Source: Felis catus (taxonomy: Eukaryota). Taken from it: 64,000 nucleotides of DNA. The first letter of the stretch is position 1; every line of letters starts with the position of its first letter. Under the pieces are notes generated by a model that saw only the letters and a program-made list of their open reading frames with translations, was not told the origin of the DNA and made no database searches. The stretch lies in contig NC_058368.1 of the NCBI RefSeq assembly GCF_018350175.1, positions 223,822,001-223,886,000 of the forward strand, given 5' to 3'. Positions 37,018-51,813 of this stretch are shown here, one piece after another. The translations under genes were made by a program, and so were the position numbers.

Positions 37018-39439
37018 ATTTAGGAACGTGAATTCCCTGTAAAATAAACAACAGAAAAGGATGGCAGTTAAATCCCTTCAAGATTTTCTTTTGTTAGAAA
37101 AATATAATTAAAACAAAATCTCTGCCCAATCCTGAACCCTCATCAAAGGTAGAAGAGAATGAAAATAATCCCGTTATTGAATAAGCGTTAAGCAGGGATG
37201 TGAAGCGCATCTGGGCAATCCGCTAAGAGAAGGACGAGGCAGAAGGAAACCTCACCCTTTCGTATAACCAAACAGCTGCAACCCATTGCATACATGTCCT
37301 CAAGTGGGGCAGTAACTATCTCTACAGGAGGAGAACTTGAAAGCACATGTTGCCACGCATAAGTCCCCTTACATTTAGGGTAATCTGTGTTGACCATCAG
37401 CATTAGCTAATTGGTTTTATGCAAGAAAAAATATATAAAGCTTAAGATTCTAAGAATTTTTACATCACAGCATGCGTATCTGTGTGGGTAGGTGGGTATG
37501 TGTGCAGAAATACAACTTCAACACTTTGACCTAAAAACACAGCAATTTGTACACCTCTCTAGAGGAAGATGCCATCACTACGAAGAAAATAATGAAAGCA
37601 AGTGTCCTGAAATTTTCAGAATAGGACATATAATTGCTCTTGCAATCCACACTAGAAAAATTATTCCTAAATATAACTTGTTTACTTTGGAAACTGAACA
37701 GTGGTTGGGGAATGGAATGTAGGGAAAAATAGTTCGGAAACAGACAAGAGGCGTTAACAATTAAAATGTTGACAAGTGACGTTCTCAGTATCTTAACGAC
37801 GTAGTGATTAACACTTCCAAAATTCATCACTGCAAATTGACATTTCTCATTACATGTTGGCTTCTGTGTGTGTGTATGTATTTCACGGAATATACTATAA
37901 TGGTTATCCTATAGGCTACTCTCAAAATCTATTTAGTTTTATATCTGTATTTAGCCAACATTTAATACAATGTTTTAATTTACACAGCTAATTTGAAAAT
38001 ATCACTCCCCTCCAAATAAGAAAAAACCTACATAAAAAATATGGAAACTATGTTTAATCTTATTATCCAGATACAATCATTGTCACTACTCTGCTGTTTT
38101 CCCTTTTGGTCAAGTTTATATGCGGTGCGGGTTGAGAAATGGACTTATGCCAATTTGCGTTAGTAAACTTGTGATTATAAAATATCAATCACATCTCTAG
38201 GCAAAACATTCAAAATAATGTGAATTCCCCAGAGATTAAAATTTTGTTAAAATGTAATTAATCTTGAGGTCGTCAGGCTCAACCAGTTGCAAAAATTTTT
38301 AGATGTTTCCACATGACACCCCCACCTAAGTTGAAATAGAGAAACACCTGACTTTATTAGGATAAACCCTGCATTATGAAAGGTTTCAAATTGAGACAAG
38401 TATTCAGTCTTACATCTCTCACAAACATGCCACATTCCTGAGTGTATTTCCTTCTCTTTGTTTACATGTATAGACTAGGAGGTTCCCAGTGGAGCCTCAG
38501 TCAAATTTTTTTGAAGATCTCCCTCCTGAGACTTACCACATGTTGATTGATTGATTGATGATTGATTGATTGATTATAATGCATAAGCACGGTTTTTTTT
38601 AAAGAAAAATTGTGGCTATTATCCAAATTACAGTAGGAATGATTACACATATTTTAACAAGGGTAGTAGATATCATGAAGTGTTTAATTTGATATCTGTA
38701 GAAAGTCGCTTTTTTCTAGAAATTCTACTTCCTTGTTATTTACTATTTATATTGGAGAATACAGGGTGATGTGTCCATTGAACTTGCTTCATGTGATATA
38801 ATCGAGTTATGATTTTGTATGGCTCTGTGGTTTACTGCTTACATCTCACCGGAGGTAATAAATGGTCTCAAAACACGTTTACCAAAGCCACCTGTTAGTG
38901 AGCAAATAGTGTGGCTATTGGTCCCTCGTAAATCTGTTAGGGGTAAAAAAGAAAAATAAAGCAAAAAAATAAAAATAAAAATAAAAAAAGCAGTGCTTTG
39001 TTGCACTGAATTCCTGACAGGTGAACAAATCCCATCATTAACTGACGGCTCAAAAAAGTATCATGTCAACATGTCAGTTGACATTTTCACAGCAAAGGGG
39101 AAAAAAAAGATAACATACACACACACTCTTCATCTGGGCTTGCTTTCTGATATCTGACATCATGATCATGTTATTATGCTTTAAATTAAATGATATACAC
39201 ACATTTATTATGCTTTAAAGGAATATATTCAAAGTGTATTCCAGCTAAAGGAAGTAAGTCTCATTGAAATTTGACAAGGTTCCAATCTGTTCTATCATCT
39301 CCTTTTTTCACTTTACGTTATGTGTTGAACATTTTCTTGTGTCATTAGGTTGTCTGTGACAACCTGATGTTTTATAACGTCGCTACTGCTACTCCCATTA
39401 CTACCTCTACTACCTGTGACAGTGAGTACTCACTCTTCT

Positions 39440-39580
39440 GTGTCATTTCAGGACAAAGAGACTGAGGTTTAGGGGGATATACAATGTGTCAAGTTAACGT
39501 ATTTAATAAGTAATGAAGCTCAAGGTTTCAGTTCTTGGGAGAACTCTCAGTCATAATCACTAACCATGTCTCACCATTAA
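39440..39580 (-). mobile_element. MIR fragment
   Basis: CATTTCAGGACAAAGAGACTGAGGTTTAG resembles the MIR core. Confidence 0.55.
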
Positions 39581-42500
39581 CTCCTAAAATTCTACCAGAA
39601 AGGTAGACCATAATTTATTTGAATGAATGTTTAGATAGACTTTCAAATTAAGCTTTTGTAAATAACAATAGAATATATAATTACATAATTATATATTATA
39701 CTATAATTATATAGTATACATCATATACATAGTGCATAGTCTTTCTTTTCCTTTTTTTTTTTTAAATGAAAACAAGTTAATGTAGATTTATATTCCAGGA
39801 TGGTCAGCTCTATCTCTACTATAATTTTTAGATATTTTCCCTCGAATGTGGTTTCCTTTAAATCAATAAATGCTTATCTCATGCTGAATGCTATTTTTGA
39901 TGAAATATGCGCAAATGGCTTATTTTACATAATTGTGAAAATAACATTGATTTCAGACGAAGCACTTTCAATGAGATAAGCATGTTACTGTAAAAACAGG
40001 AAACGTGGAGTCAAAATACTTCACAAAGTAAATGCAAGAAAAGAGCTGCAAATTAAACAAGTAGAAAACTCATACCCTTTTCACACATGTTGGATTTTTG
40101 AGCCCACACTAGTTGTATTTTTATATTGTAACAAAACACACCTTTGACGTTGTTTCTTGATGTGTTAAAAACGAATTTATTATTAGGAATACGTTTTAAG
40201 CAATGGCTTTATTGTGTCTGAACCCTCATTATTCAAAAGGCGAAATGGTATAAAAATGTGCAAAGGTACAGATGGCTTAATTAGAAATAAATATGTATGA
40301 CTGTAAGTTTATAGATTTTAGTAATAATTTGTTTATCTGCACACACATACACACACACACACACTGCCAGAAATCATTTGTAATCTCTAGACTTACCTCT
40401 TGAATATTTTTCATTCACATATTCATTCATTTTGCACATATTTCTATTTCTTGCCTCCATCTTATTGTTTTTCTGCTCCAATTCTTATCTCTCCACTTTA
40501 TGCACATATTTTTTTTTAATTTGTATATGAATTTTTGACGTTTCTTTGAATTCTTTCAGGACAGATGGGGTATATAAATCAATGTTTAACCCTGATGGGG
40601 GTATCGTCAATCACTGTCTCCGTTCTCAATGTCTCCAGAATAATTCTGTTGCATCAATTACAGGTGCAGATGGAGGTATGATTACCCATCACCATTCTAT
40701 TAGGTTTTCAGGATACAACTTCTTCTTACTTGATAACAAAGGGACCCTGGGGTATTGCGTGAGGAAGCATGTATTCCAATGGTGAGGAAAATGGTAGGAC
40801 AAGAGGCATCATTAACACTATGTATTCGGATAATGAGCTGCTGACGCTTAGAAAGAAAACAATAATGGTAGGCGCAGCTAGCCAAGTCCTTGGATTTTGC
40901 CAATGTCCTTTTCTTCTGGGAGTAAGATTTGGGAGATTTATGGGTGCTGACTCAACCATCACTTTACTCCTGGGCTATCAAATGCCAGACCCTATGTGAT
41001 CATTTACCATCCTTTCTTCTTGTGACAATATCTTGCTTCTCCCAATATTTAAACCCTAGAAGTTAGCAAGAAGAAATATGTATACTTAAATTTCTACAGA
41101 AGTAAATAATGGGGGGGGGGATATATAAGTCACTATAGCAATGCAGTTTGAATGTACTGTATTTTCACAAACCTGTCATTTGTCACCATAAAACAATCAT
41201 CTTCTAATCCCATCTCACATTAATTTCTCATTGAAACCTCAATATTGGGGGTTGTAAGGGACATATGGATATTTTGTTTGGAGACTTGGAAATTGAGGCA
41301 TTATTTTATGAATTAAAATTATTTTTTTTTCTTTTTCATGTAGTCTATGAGCTCTGTAAACCTTAGAAAGTTGCCATCTGCCTATGCCTTGCCCAAACAC
41401 AGTCCTATTTACTTTTTGATAAACAAAACAAATCATAATATTCCACAAATCCTTTAATCATTATTTCCTCTGGGACCTATATAAAGGGTGGATGAATACT
41501 TGTGTCTTAAGAGATGTAAACACTAAACAGATAGCATTTTATAAGCTCAGTGGCATTGACTTGAGGATCACAGCAAACCAAAACCTGAAAGAACCTGAAA
41601 TTTATAGTTAAAAAAACACCTTTGCAAAACAAAAAATACCTTTGCAAATTGTATTATTTGTTCACATGGTATGTCATTGGTCACATTATCACCACTTTAC
41701 CTATCAAATAGGAAGGCAAAGTCACCGGCTCGAAGCCTACCAACAAACATTTGCGTATGAAAACTTTCCGGGATTTGCTATGTGCAAACAACAGATTTCA
41801 GCGGACTTCCCACTGAACTGCCTGGTGGAGACCTTGGGTCAGATGTCAGCCCCAAACAGAAAGCGTGCTGTAATAACATGATGACACAGACCTTTAGTTA
41901 ATGTTGGATGCCAGTCTCCTCCTGTCCCCAGGTTCCCATATAGATCTCTGTGGAGGCAAAGCTCTCAGTTATATTCATGTTAATGAGAAATCGGAGATGA
42001 CACAGACACTGGATTGATTGTGCCTTTACTTCTCTCTATCACAACTGCAAAAGCAAACTCTATCATTAAACAGAGAAGTTATGAGCTAGCAATGAAAGTA
42101 ATGAAAAAATAATCAGCTTATAGTTTTACCTAAGACATTATAAAATATATTAAACAGGTACCACCCTTGTTTTTCAAGATTATTAAATTTAAAATGTAAA
42201 AACACAACAGAGTTTTAGTTCTTGATATGAAAAATATTAAAATCTCTCTGCCCCAACCCATTTATGGGACATTACACTTCGCAATTTTTTTTTTGTCAGA
42301 ATGTTACAACAGGACAATACTCTAGCTCCCTATAATAACAATTACACAGAACCTGGTTTTGGCATTATGGTCTTTGTTTAACGTAAAGAACCTTGTGACG
42401 ATTTTCTCTATGCACATCGTGACACGGTATTGTGAAGCCACTGTCAATTTTGTTGTTTCAGGTCCCTGTATGAAAATTTCACTCAGGCTTTATTACTCTA

Positions 42501-43761
42501 TGAAAATGCTGCCTTTCCTTAATGGTTTGGTGAGCATCCTTTTATAGGATAATGAGACTCAGGAAACTCAGCCTGTTTATCTACATGCCCGTCACTGTCA
42601 CGGAACCTAGCACAAAGATCTCTGCTCATTTCCAGTTACTCCTCTTGGGCTGGGTTCTCTGGAAGAATCATTTCCTCCTCCCCCCATAGCTTTTTTAATA
42701 ATCGTTGGAATTTTGCCTCAATTTCTGTATGAATTTAGTATAATCATACCTTCTATTACATGCTTCCTCGAACAATTTGATGGTATGCTCCCTCTTTGCT
42801 GGTATTATCTCAAACCACAAAACACTGGTCTGCTACAACTATTGTTATTTATGTATTTATACTATATACATTTTAGAGGAAATTGGTGGTAGCAAAGCTA
42901 AATAATCTGTCCAGGAGTGCATGGCAAATGTTGCTTAGGTCTCCGGTTGGATTCAAAAGCTGTGACCCTAGACCTAGTGCTCAAGCTCTATGGGAAGTCA
43001 GAAAAATAGGATGGGCTCTAACGTAAAGGAGAGACCTGTTCATTTTCTCCCTCCTTCTGCCTCCTTCCTTTTCTTTTTGTCTCTCTTTTTTACCTTTTTT
43101 TATGCTTTCACGTTTTCCTCCTTTCTTTCAAGAAATTTCATTGAGCCAACCTTTGTATTATGCTTCACCATTGTTTTCTGTGCTGGGAAGGGAGAAGACA
43201 ACAGAGAATGAGCTAAGAGACTGTGTTTCCACGAAAGAGGAAGGCCTAGCTCGTCCTATTCATCCTCATCTTCAAATAGGAAAATTAAAACTTAACACAC
43301 ATCCTCTCTTAAATTCCTTTAATTTTGTATTTCTAAATTATTACAAACAGCATTTCTGTTTTGCTATTGCGCGCATGTTGGTATTTATGAAGTGGGTTTA
43401 GAAGATGCAGGTGAAGAAATCAAAGATCTAACCTTGCAGTGAAAACATTTCCCATATGGACATGTCTAACTTACAACACAGCAGCCAGTGAATTACATGG
43501 TTGCTAGAATTTTTTTTGTTGTTGTCACAAGAACCTTCCCGTTCTTATCTTTTTACCGCAAACCTAAACTGTAAAATGTTCAAGTCCCACGAAGGCTTAT
43601 TAAGTAACAGAACTGCTATCAGTTTAACATTCAATGTGTGACCTATTCTGCAAAATTCTGAAAAATGTGGATAAAGAAGAACCTTGCCTCTAGTTGAAGT
43701 TTACAATAATATTATGATTATTATGCATAAGCTCTTGGTTGCTGCTTTCTCTCCATCTCAT

Positions 43762-43769
43762 TTTCTTTG

Positions 43770-43804
<35 letters not shown>

Positions 43805-43843
43805 TTCTTTCTTTCTTTCTCTTCTTTCTTTCTCTCTTTCTCT

Positions 43844-43885
<42 letters not shown>

Positions 43886-43935
43886 TTTCTTCCTTTCTTC
43901 CTTTCTTCCTTTCTTCCTTTCTCTTTCTTTCTTTC
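43762..43935. repeat. Compound (TTTC)n/(TTCC)n tetranucleotide repeat
   Basis: Long polypyrimidine tandem repeat. Confidence 0.95.
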
Positions 43936-44359
43936 CAAAAGCATTATTTTTGAAGTTGTTGCTTCAGAATTTCATTCAGCCACTGAAAGCTCATCTGATC
44001 ACATTCCTTCTTAATAGTGATAATGTGTCTTCCTGGATATTAACAAGAATATTCCATTTAGTTTCACTTCACCATTTAAAAATTAGTGGCCTGCTGCACA
44101 CCCCTAATCTCTTCATTCAGAACTGACACAAGGTCGTTTATTTTTTGGCTCTCTCCAGCCTTTGGTGCGCTAGTCTATATTTTTAACATAGGATTTTTAC
44201 CCCATTGAAACTGTAAATAACTGACTAAAATGAAATCCAAACGCATTTATGTTTTTACCACATATGATAAAAACTCTGATTATCTATTTATCTGTGTATC
44301 ACTAAAGTTGTATATTTTATTGAACTCTGTGTAAGGATGATGTTATCTACAGTAATAAC

Positions 44360-44830
44360 AGATACTGAGCTTTTATAATTTATTACAATGTTTGAAGTGC
44401 TTCATGTTATTAATGCTCGTGTGAAGCCTGAGGTGTAGGCATTACACCTGCTATGTACATTTTGCTGATTAGAATTGAGTCAGAAAGAGATTAAATAGAG
44501 GGCAAGACCCCAGGGTGGGTAAGTTGGAGATCTGGTTCTAACAGACTCTGCCCCACTGCTACACGATGCGGGATTCTAATGTACTCGGTTATCTGACTCC
44601 AAGACCTGTGCCTACTTTATACGGTATGTTGCCACACGAAGTGAAATCAGCCACTAGCTTAAACGAACTTTTGAAAACTCCCCGTTGCAACTGGTTCAGA
44701 GACAGGAAAGAACACCGCTATTCTCATTTCACACATAGAAATGTGGAGTGCTCGGTTGCTTCCAGATCTCAGATACATAGGATGGTATGTAAACAAGACT
44801 GTAGCTAGACTTGCTTAGTTGGATCTTCCT
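44360..44830 (-). mobile_element. MIR fragments
   Basis: CATTTTGCTGATTAGAATTGAGTCAGAAAGAGATTAAATA and TATTCTCATTTCACACATAGAAATGTGGAG resemble MIR cores. Confidence 0.5.
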
Positions 44831-45597
44831 TTGTGGTTCTGTAAGACTTTTCCATTGAATCTTTCTTCCTTTTTTTAATGTTAATGTTTTTGTTTTTTTT
44901 TTTTTAACTCAGGAAAGTCTTGACGAGATTAAAATAGATATATGGCTCTACAGAGGAAGTTTCTGTAGTAACGGAAAATACATAAAAGAGAGAAGCACCA
45001 AAATGTAACATTCAATTCACACTGGAAGATGTATTTATTCTATTTATAAACCTAATACCATGTTGGGTTCACCATTAATTCCCATCTTTAACATTCTCCA
45101 GTTCATTTGTCTTAAAAGCCCACATACTGTTGGTTCTTGAAAGATAATTGAAGACATTTGCATTTTCTATCACGAAAGGGAAATAGGGACAACTGGAAGA
45201 AACAATGTTGAGACCTGCGTTTACAGCCTCATGTGCCTCTCTTAGCGCCCCTGCTGAGCCAGCCTCTCCACCCCCACATCAACCTCCAAGGAGTCTACCT
45301 TCCACTCTGTCCTGGAGCTCTCAGCCTACGAGGACATTTATGCTCATTTACCACAGTTCTGACCAGATATGCAAGACTTTCTTCTCTGCAGAACTCTTAC
45401 GTAGCCCAGTTTGACCCAACCTAACACTCCTTTCTTTCCTTGAACAAATCCCTCTAATTTCTGGAACTTAGAGTCTGTCATGAGTACAATTCCGATAATG
45501 ATCTCCATCTGTTTTATAAATTCCCCTTTAACTTGTGCTTTAATTGAAACCTAGTTATGTCCTAAGAACAACAGTTCCCTTTTCTTGAAGTCTTAGT

Positions 45598-45628
45598 TGT
45601 GTGTGTGTGTGTGTGCGCGCGCACCTGA

Positions 45629-45680
<52 letters not shown>
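45598..45680. repeat. (GT)n microsatellite with GC/AT interruption
   Basis: Alternating purine-pyrimidine tract. Confidence 0.95.
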
Positions 45681-45682
<2 letters not shown>

Positions 45683-47126
45683 CCCTCTCCATGTGGTTGG
45701 AGATGGTATAGGTAAATTCCTTACAATGAACTGCTGCTTCTTAGATATGGTTCATCTTCAAAAACCCCACTCTCTTTAAAGCTATATTTCAGACTATAGG
45801 CATACTCTCATTGTTGCACAAATTAACAGTCTTTCCAAGGAATTCTTTCATTTCATAAATATTTGCTCTCTTGATTTAATGTTTTTCTCTTTATTTCTCC
45901 TAAACACTTGGATTACAATTAGACATTCCTACATCACTGGTCCAACATATATTTCTGTATACCTAATACTCTCCTCAAAGTTTATTCTCATGATCTTCTA
46001 CATCTCATTTAATGACCTTATCATTTACCTAGCTAGGTCAAAATCTGGGCGCCTTCCCTGATGCTTCCTGTCCTTACACTTCATCACTTGCTCATCAGAA
46101 AGTCCTGCAACAGGTAGACATGTAGATGTTTGTAGCTCATTTTAAGCAGTGTATACTTTATTCTGAATATGATCATAGGCCACTGGAAATTTGTAAATGG
46201 GAGACAGGATTTGACTTGAACATGCCTCTGTTGTTAATCCATAAAGAACCGACACTAGTGGAAGAAGGAAGAATTCAGGGAGGTTATTTCTATATCAAAG
46301 TGAAATAAAATATTGGTACAGACTTGGGTGATTTCAGTAGAGTAGATGAGAACATCTTCCAGATGTTTATTCCAATCTGGCCACCTGGATTTTCATGCTG
46401 ATCCTAAAACACAAGGAGCCCATTCTTGCCTTAGGGTTTTTTTCTTCATTGTTCTCTTGTATTTGAGATATTCCCTAGTTCTTTTGCAGAGCATCAATGC
46501 ACTGCATTACAGTCTGTTTAAATATCACCTCAGAGAAAACATCTTAATACACCTTTAAATTCTCCCCATCTATCACAGTCTACTTCACAGCCTAACTTTA
46601 TTTTATGGTACATATGTAATATAAACATACAAAGTAATCAATCATACACATGTGTATATACACACCATTATACATTATGAATGTTATTATGTAATGTATT
46701 TATTTATTTCACACCATTTACAATCAAATGACTGAAAAACTCCGGGTTTTTGATTATCTTTTCAACCACGAATTCTTAGCACCAAAAACAATAAAAAAAA
46801 ACACGTGATATTTCAAACACCAATTGATTAAATAAATGGAAGTTTTGTCAAGCTTAGAGCTTAGAGAAAAGGGTAGAATATATTCAAGTGGATGTAATTT
46901 ATAACAACTTCTCTACTTTTATAGGTAAAAAAGCTTAGACTTGGAGAAAATAAGCAAAATATTTAAGACTATCACCAAATTATTCCATAGGCAGGCCTAA
47001 AAGAAATCTTCAACTCTAAATCTATACTATTTCATACAATTCATTCAACAGAAAAATATACATATTTAAATAAAAAGACAAGTGACTGTGAAATGAGATG
47101 TATCTGTCTCAAAACTCCATAACCAT

Positions 47127-47345
47127 GGGGCGCCTGGGTGGCTTGGTCGGTTGGGCGTCCGACTTCGGCTCAGGTCATGATCTCACAGTCTGTGAGTTCG
47201 AGCCCCGCGTCGAGCTCTGTGCTGACGGCTCAGAGCCTGGAGCCTGTTTCAGATTCTGTGTCTCCCTCTCTCTCTGACCCTCCCCTGTTCATGCTCTGTC
47301 TCTCTGTGTCTCAAAAATAAATAAATGTTAAAAAAATAAAAAAAA
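47127..47345 (+). mobile_element. Young Can-SINE (SINEC_Fc)
   Basis: Near-consensus; perfect TSD AAAACTCCATAACCAT. Confidence 0.97.
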
Positions 47346-47626
47346 ACTCCATAACCATCTTTTTTCAAACTATGAGATCTGAGGAAGATCATTTAAACAT
47401 TTTGAGTTTTAGTTCTTCAATCTATTAAATGACAGTCATACCATTACCCTTGCAAATTTGTGGCAAGATTTATAACTTTCTATGGGAAGTAGCTAATCAT
47501 TGACACCTGTCACTACAAACTTAAATAAGTGGTAGTTTTATGGTGGTGCTGGTGGGGCTGATGGTGTTGCTCTTGGTTATCACTGCTACTTTGAGCCCAA
47601 TTTGAAATGGTCAAATATTTTATATA

Positions 47627-48099
47627 CAGTAGCCCTCACCCCCTTATCCACATTTCACCTTCCTTGGTTACCCATAGTCATCTGTAGCCCAGAAGCAGAT
47701 GATCCTGTTTCTGATGTATCCTCAGAAGGCCAGTAGTAGCCTGACATGGCATCACAATGTCTATGTCATTCACCTCCCTTAATCACATTATGTAAGCATT
47801 TTGTCACCTTGAGTCATCACAAATAGAAGAAAGGTGAATAATAAGATATTTTGCAAGAGGAAGAGGGATATCACGTTCACATAGCTTTTATTACAGTGTA
47901 TTATTATTATCCCATTTTACTATTAGTTATTGTTGTTATTTTCTTACTGTGAATACTTTATGAATTAAACTTTATCATAGGCATATATGTATAGGAAAAA
48001 GCATAGCATATGTAGGGTTCACTACTGTGCATGATTTTCAGGCATCCACTAGGGGTCTTAGAACATATCCCTTGTGAATGAGTGGTGGTGGGGGGACTG
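47627..48099 (+). mobile_element. MER44/Tigger7-type non-autonomous TcMar DNA transposon
   Basis: TA|CAGTAG..CCCCTTATCC left terminal repeat; ..AATAAGATATTTTG..CACATAGCTTTTATTACAGT..CAGGCATCCACTAGGGGTCTT..GGGGGACTG right end. Confidence 0.88.
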
Positions 48100-48399
48100 T
48101 GATTAGTTCTCTAATACTGGACCATGTTTCTCAGTGTGGCTGTCTTATAAAATTGTGCCAGAAATGAATTATATATTACTCCTAGAAAAAGCATTCATTT
48201 TATCAATAAAATGTGTTTCTATATATCAGAAAACTTGTGTATTTGTTTCTAAGTCAAATGCTCCTTCTTCAGGAAATTAATCAAAACATATTCATCTATT
48301 TTCACTTGAATTTTATACTATGGATTTATTCAATTCTTTATTATATACTGTATTATTATCTAATTCTGACTTTTCCACTAACAAATAGATTTCTTAAGA

Positions 48400-48434
<35 letters not shown>

Positions 48435-50489
48435 CAATTTTGGATGTGGAATTTATTTAAATTAATCCCAGATTATTTCTCCTGGAAGTGTTTTCTGCAC
48501 AATATATTCAGGGCATTTATTTTAGCCTTTGAAGTACAGAGCTCTCCCCACATGACTCCAGCTGTCAAAAAGCAAGCATCTCATTGTGTGTGGGAGTGTT
48601 GTCTGACAGTCTAATGGATAAATGACATATTTAAACAATTTTATTATATTAAAGATTTTTGACTAAAGTGTTTTAGGGTTACTTTATTCCCCATAGTAAA
48701 TGACATATTTTAGAAACTTGGAGCTGATGTTCCTTGGTTAACCTGTCAATTTTAGTTCCAGAATCTACAGCGTTTAGAAGTCAATGCCACAAGCATAGCT
48801 CTTTAAATATTTTGTACATTTTTCCTTGCATGAATAACTTCCAGGATTTGATCATGCACTTGTGCCTAACTTAAATATATTGATTATTGATATTAGATTT
48901 CTCATTAAAGATAACCTTAAGAGTAAGTCAGGTTAAATATAGCATATAATTGACATTCCTCATTAGAAACTCTTATTTCTTTTGATTCTCTGGAATGACC
49001 TAGCTTTCGTCTCCTTCAAACCTTGCAACTAACTCTTCTTCTGACTGGCTTTCTCTTCCTGTTCCTTAGGATTCAAAGTTCTTTTTTATGTTCTTTAGTA
49101 TCTGCATTCCCTCCTGCCCTCAGAAATTATATCTGGGCTTGAATGTTAAACAGTCATCTCTCCGTGGATTAAAAATTGTAAAGTAATTGCAAGACTAGGT
49201 TTTTCTTCCATCTCAGAATATTTTACAATGTTCCATACATGAATAACACTTGTTCAGGAGAGAGGAAGTCCAATGAACACTTCCTGTAGCAAATGCAACT
49301 ACCATCGCAACGTAAGAAACCTGACCTTAATCATTTCAGTCCACTGGTGCTCCAGCACTGGTGGTAAATTTGGGGAGCAGATGCTTCTTGTTATCTGTTA
49401 TCAATGTGTGTATATTCCTTCACTCTCTCTTACAAGGACACACACATATGCATGTATATGTGTATATATACATATATTCTAATGCATGTATTCACTATCA
49501 AATACAAATTTATACTCATACTAGATTTCATCAAATTTAGGATGCCACCGATTTTAAGCTGTGCCACTGCACTGTTTTATTTATTATTATAAATATCAAT
49601 ATATAATATTAATAAATAATATTATTGATTATTATTGCATCATATCATTTATTACTATAAATTATAATATTAATTCATAATATGAATGCATAATAATATA
49701 AATATACTAGGTTATGCTATATGGTATAAATACATACTATATATACATTATATATAAATACTATACTGTGTATGTTAATGTACATAAATAGTACATATAT
49801 AAACACTGTGTGTCTGTATCTGTCTATGTATCTATCTATCTATCTATCTATCCTCTTTCCACAATTGGGTATTCTACAAGCACTGGAGATTTTTCTGGCT
49901 AGAGTTTTGTTGTCGTTTTTGTTGTTGTTGTTTTGTTTTGTTTTTTAATGGGAGAGTGGGGACATGGGATAATGGAATCAGCTAATAGATAAAAGACCTG
50001 TGTAGCAGGTCAAAGTATATACTATATCATAGAAGGATTAGATTCTATGCAGTACATTGTGGGGAGGAAGGAGTGAGAAGCTGATATATTTCAGCAAGAT
50101 ACCAGAAATATTAAAGAATAGTATAAAGATGTCCTATTGGGTCCTGAAAGCCATAAAAAAGTGCCTCATATTAAGGACAAGAGCTGGGTACTCTATCACT
50201 ATAACCTGGTCTGGATGACGTAGTTAGAGGTGGCAGAGATATAAGTTCTAAGTCACTCCGTATAACTTTTCATTTTTCTCCTATTATTTTGCGCAGTAAA
50301 TAGATCTCCTCCCCTGTTGGACATCTTAGACCTACGGAAATTAGGTAGGGTAATGCTTTCATGGATTTAAGGAATAGAAGAACTACAAGAGAGTAAGATA
50401 TTAAAGTCAGAAAGAGGAAATATGTAAAGACAGATCTTGAGCCTTGAAACAATTACTCAGGTAAAGATCAAACTTGACTTTGGATGCAT

Positions 50490-51015
50490 ATTATATTCAT
50501 TTTCTACTGCTGAAGTAACCAATTCTCACAAATTTAGTGGCTTAACACAACACAAATTAATTCTTTTAGTCTTGATGGTCAGAAACGACAGGTAAATCCA
50601 GGTGGATTCAACTAGTTTCTCTGCTCAGGAGCTCTCAAAATTGAAATCAAGAAATTGTCTCACCTAGAGTTTACCTAGCAGCTCTGAAGAAGAATCTACT
50701 TTCAAGAAAATTCGGGGTGTTGGCAGAATTGAGTTCCAAGTGCCTCAAGACTGAAGTGCTGTTCCTTCGCTGGCTGGCCACCGGGAATTATTTGCAGCCA
50801 TCTGCATTCCCTGGTGCGTGGACTCTTCCATGGTCCTAGTCAACTCTTTCTTGCCTCATCACTGCAGGTCGAAGTTCTCTGCTTTTAAGGATCATGAGAT
50901 CAGACAGCCCACCTGGATAATCCAGGGGAATTACCCTTATCTTTTAAGATTCATAAACCTAATTACATCAGCAAAGTACGCCCTACATATTTGGAAGGAC
51001 CATTCTGGCTACCAT
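50490..51015 (-). mobile_element. MaLR MLT1 solo LTR
   Basis: CACAAATTTAGTGGCTTAACACAACACAAATT...GTTGGCAGAATTGAGTTCC...CACCTGGATAATCCAGG...ACATCAGCAAAGT are typical MLT1 antisense motifs. Confidence 0.82.
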
Positions 51016-51427
51016 GTGCAAATCCATCATGCCAAAATTTTAGAACCAGAATTTAGAACCAGAGAAATACTAGTCTACTCTAAAGTTAGCACAGTGAATT
51101 TGAATGTTTTATTTCCTCTCATAACTCTGTAATTTGAGTCCTCTCCTCATTCCCTAACTGCTAATGTAACTGAAATTATAATTTTCTGTTTTCTGCACTT
51201 CATTATCCGTTCAGGAAGGCTAGAGCTAGCATCTCATAGAATATGAATCATGTTTGCATATATGCCTGAGGGGAAACCATGCACTCAATCCACACTCTAT
51301 TTACATAACTATTAGAGTTCTGCACTTTGGGGATGCTTGTCATTAAACAACACTAGTGCATACATAGAATAAATCAGCACCTTGGTTTGCATTTTTGTTT
51401 GGTAAGTTCTTACACACATAAGAGCTA

Positions 51428-51800
51428 AATATATATATATATTATATAATATATTAATATATAATTATATAATTATATACATATAATTATATAAAATTAT
51501 ATAAAATTATATAAAATTATATAATTATATATATATTTAATATATATATTTAATTATATATTTAATTATATATATTTAATTATATATTTAATTATATATT
51601 TAATTATATATTTAATTATAAACAATATAAAATATATATTAATATATAATATATATATAATATAATATAATATAATTATATATAATATATATATATAATA
51701 TAATATATAATATTATATATATAATATAATTATATATATAATTATATATATAATTATATATATAATAATAATATATATATATAATTATATATATAATTCA
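51428..51800. repeat. AT-only low-complexity/minisatellite tract (TAATTATATATT-like units)
   Basis: ~370 bp almost devoid of G/C with short tandem units. Confidence 0.95.
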
Positions 51801-51813
51801 ATATTTGCTGTAC

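Noticed and set aside
40700..40903. IFLTIGIHA resembling the carboxypeptidase zinc motif
   Set aside because: It lacks the HxxE (HARE) residues and has no supporting splice sites on the minus strand.
43684..44126. Phe/Leu/Ser-rich and Lys/Glu/Arg-rich ORFs
   Set aside because: Translations of the (TTTC)n microsatellite.
48213..48614. 133-aa hydrophobic ORF
   Set aside because: AT-rich low-complexity sequence including (TA)n, with no domain similarity.
51428..51800. Regular short repeats as a CRISPR-like array
   Set aside because: AT-only slippage repeats with no unique spacers, in a mammalian context with no cas genes.
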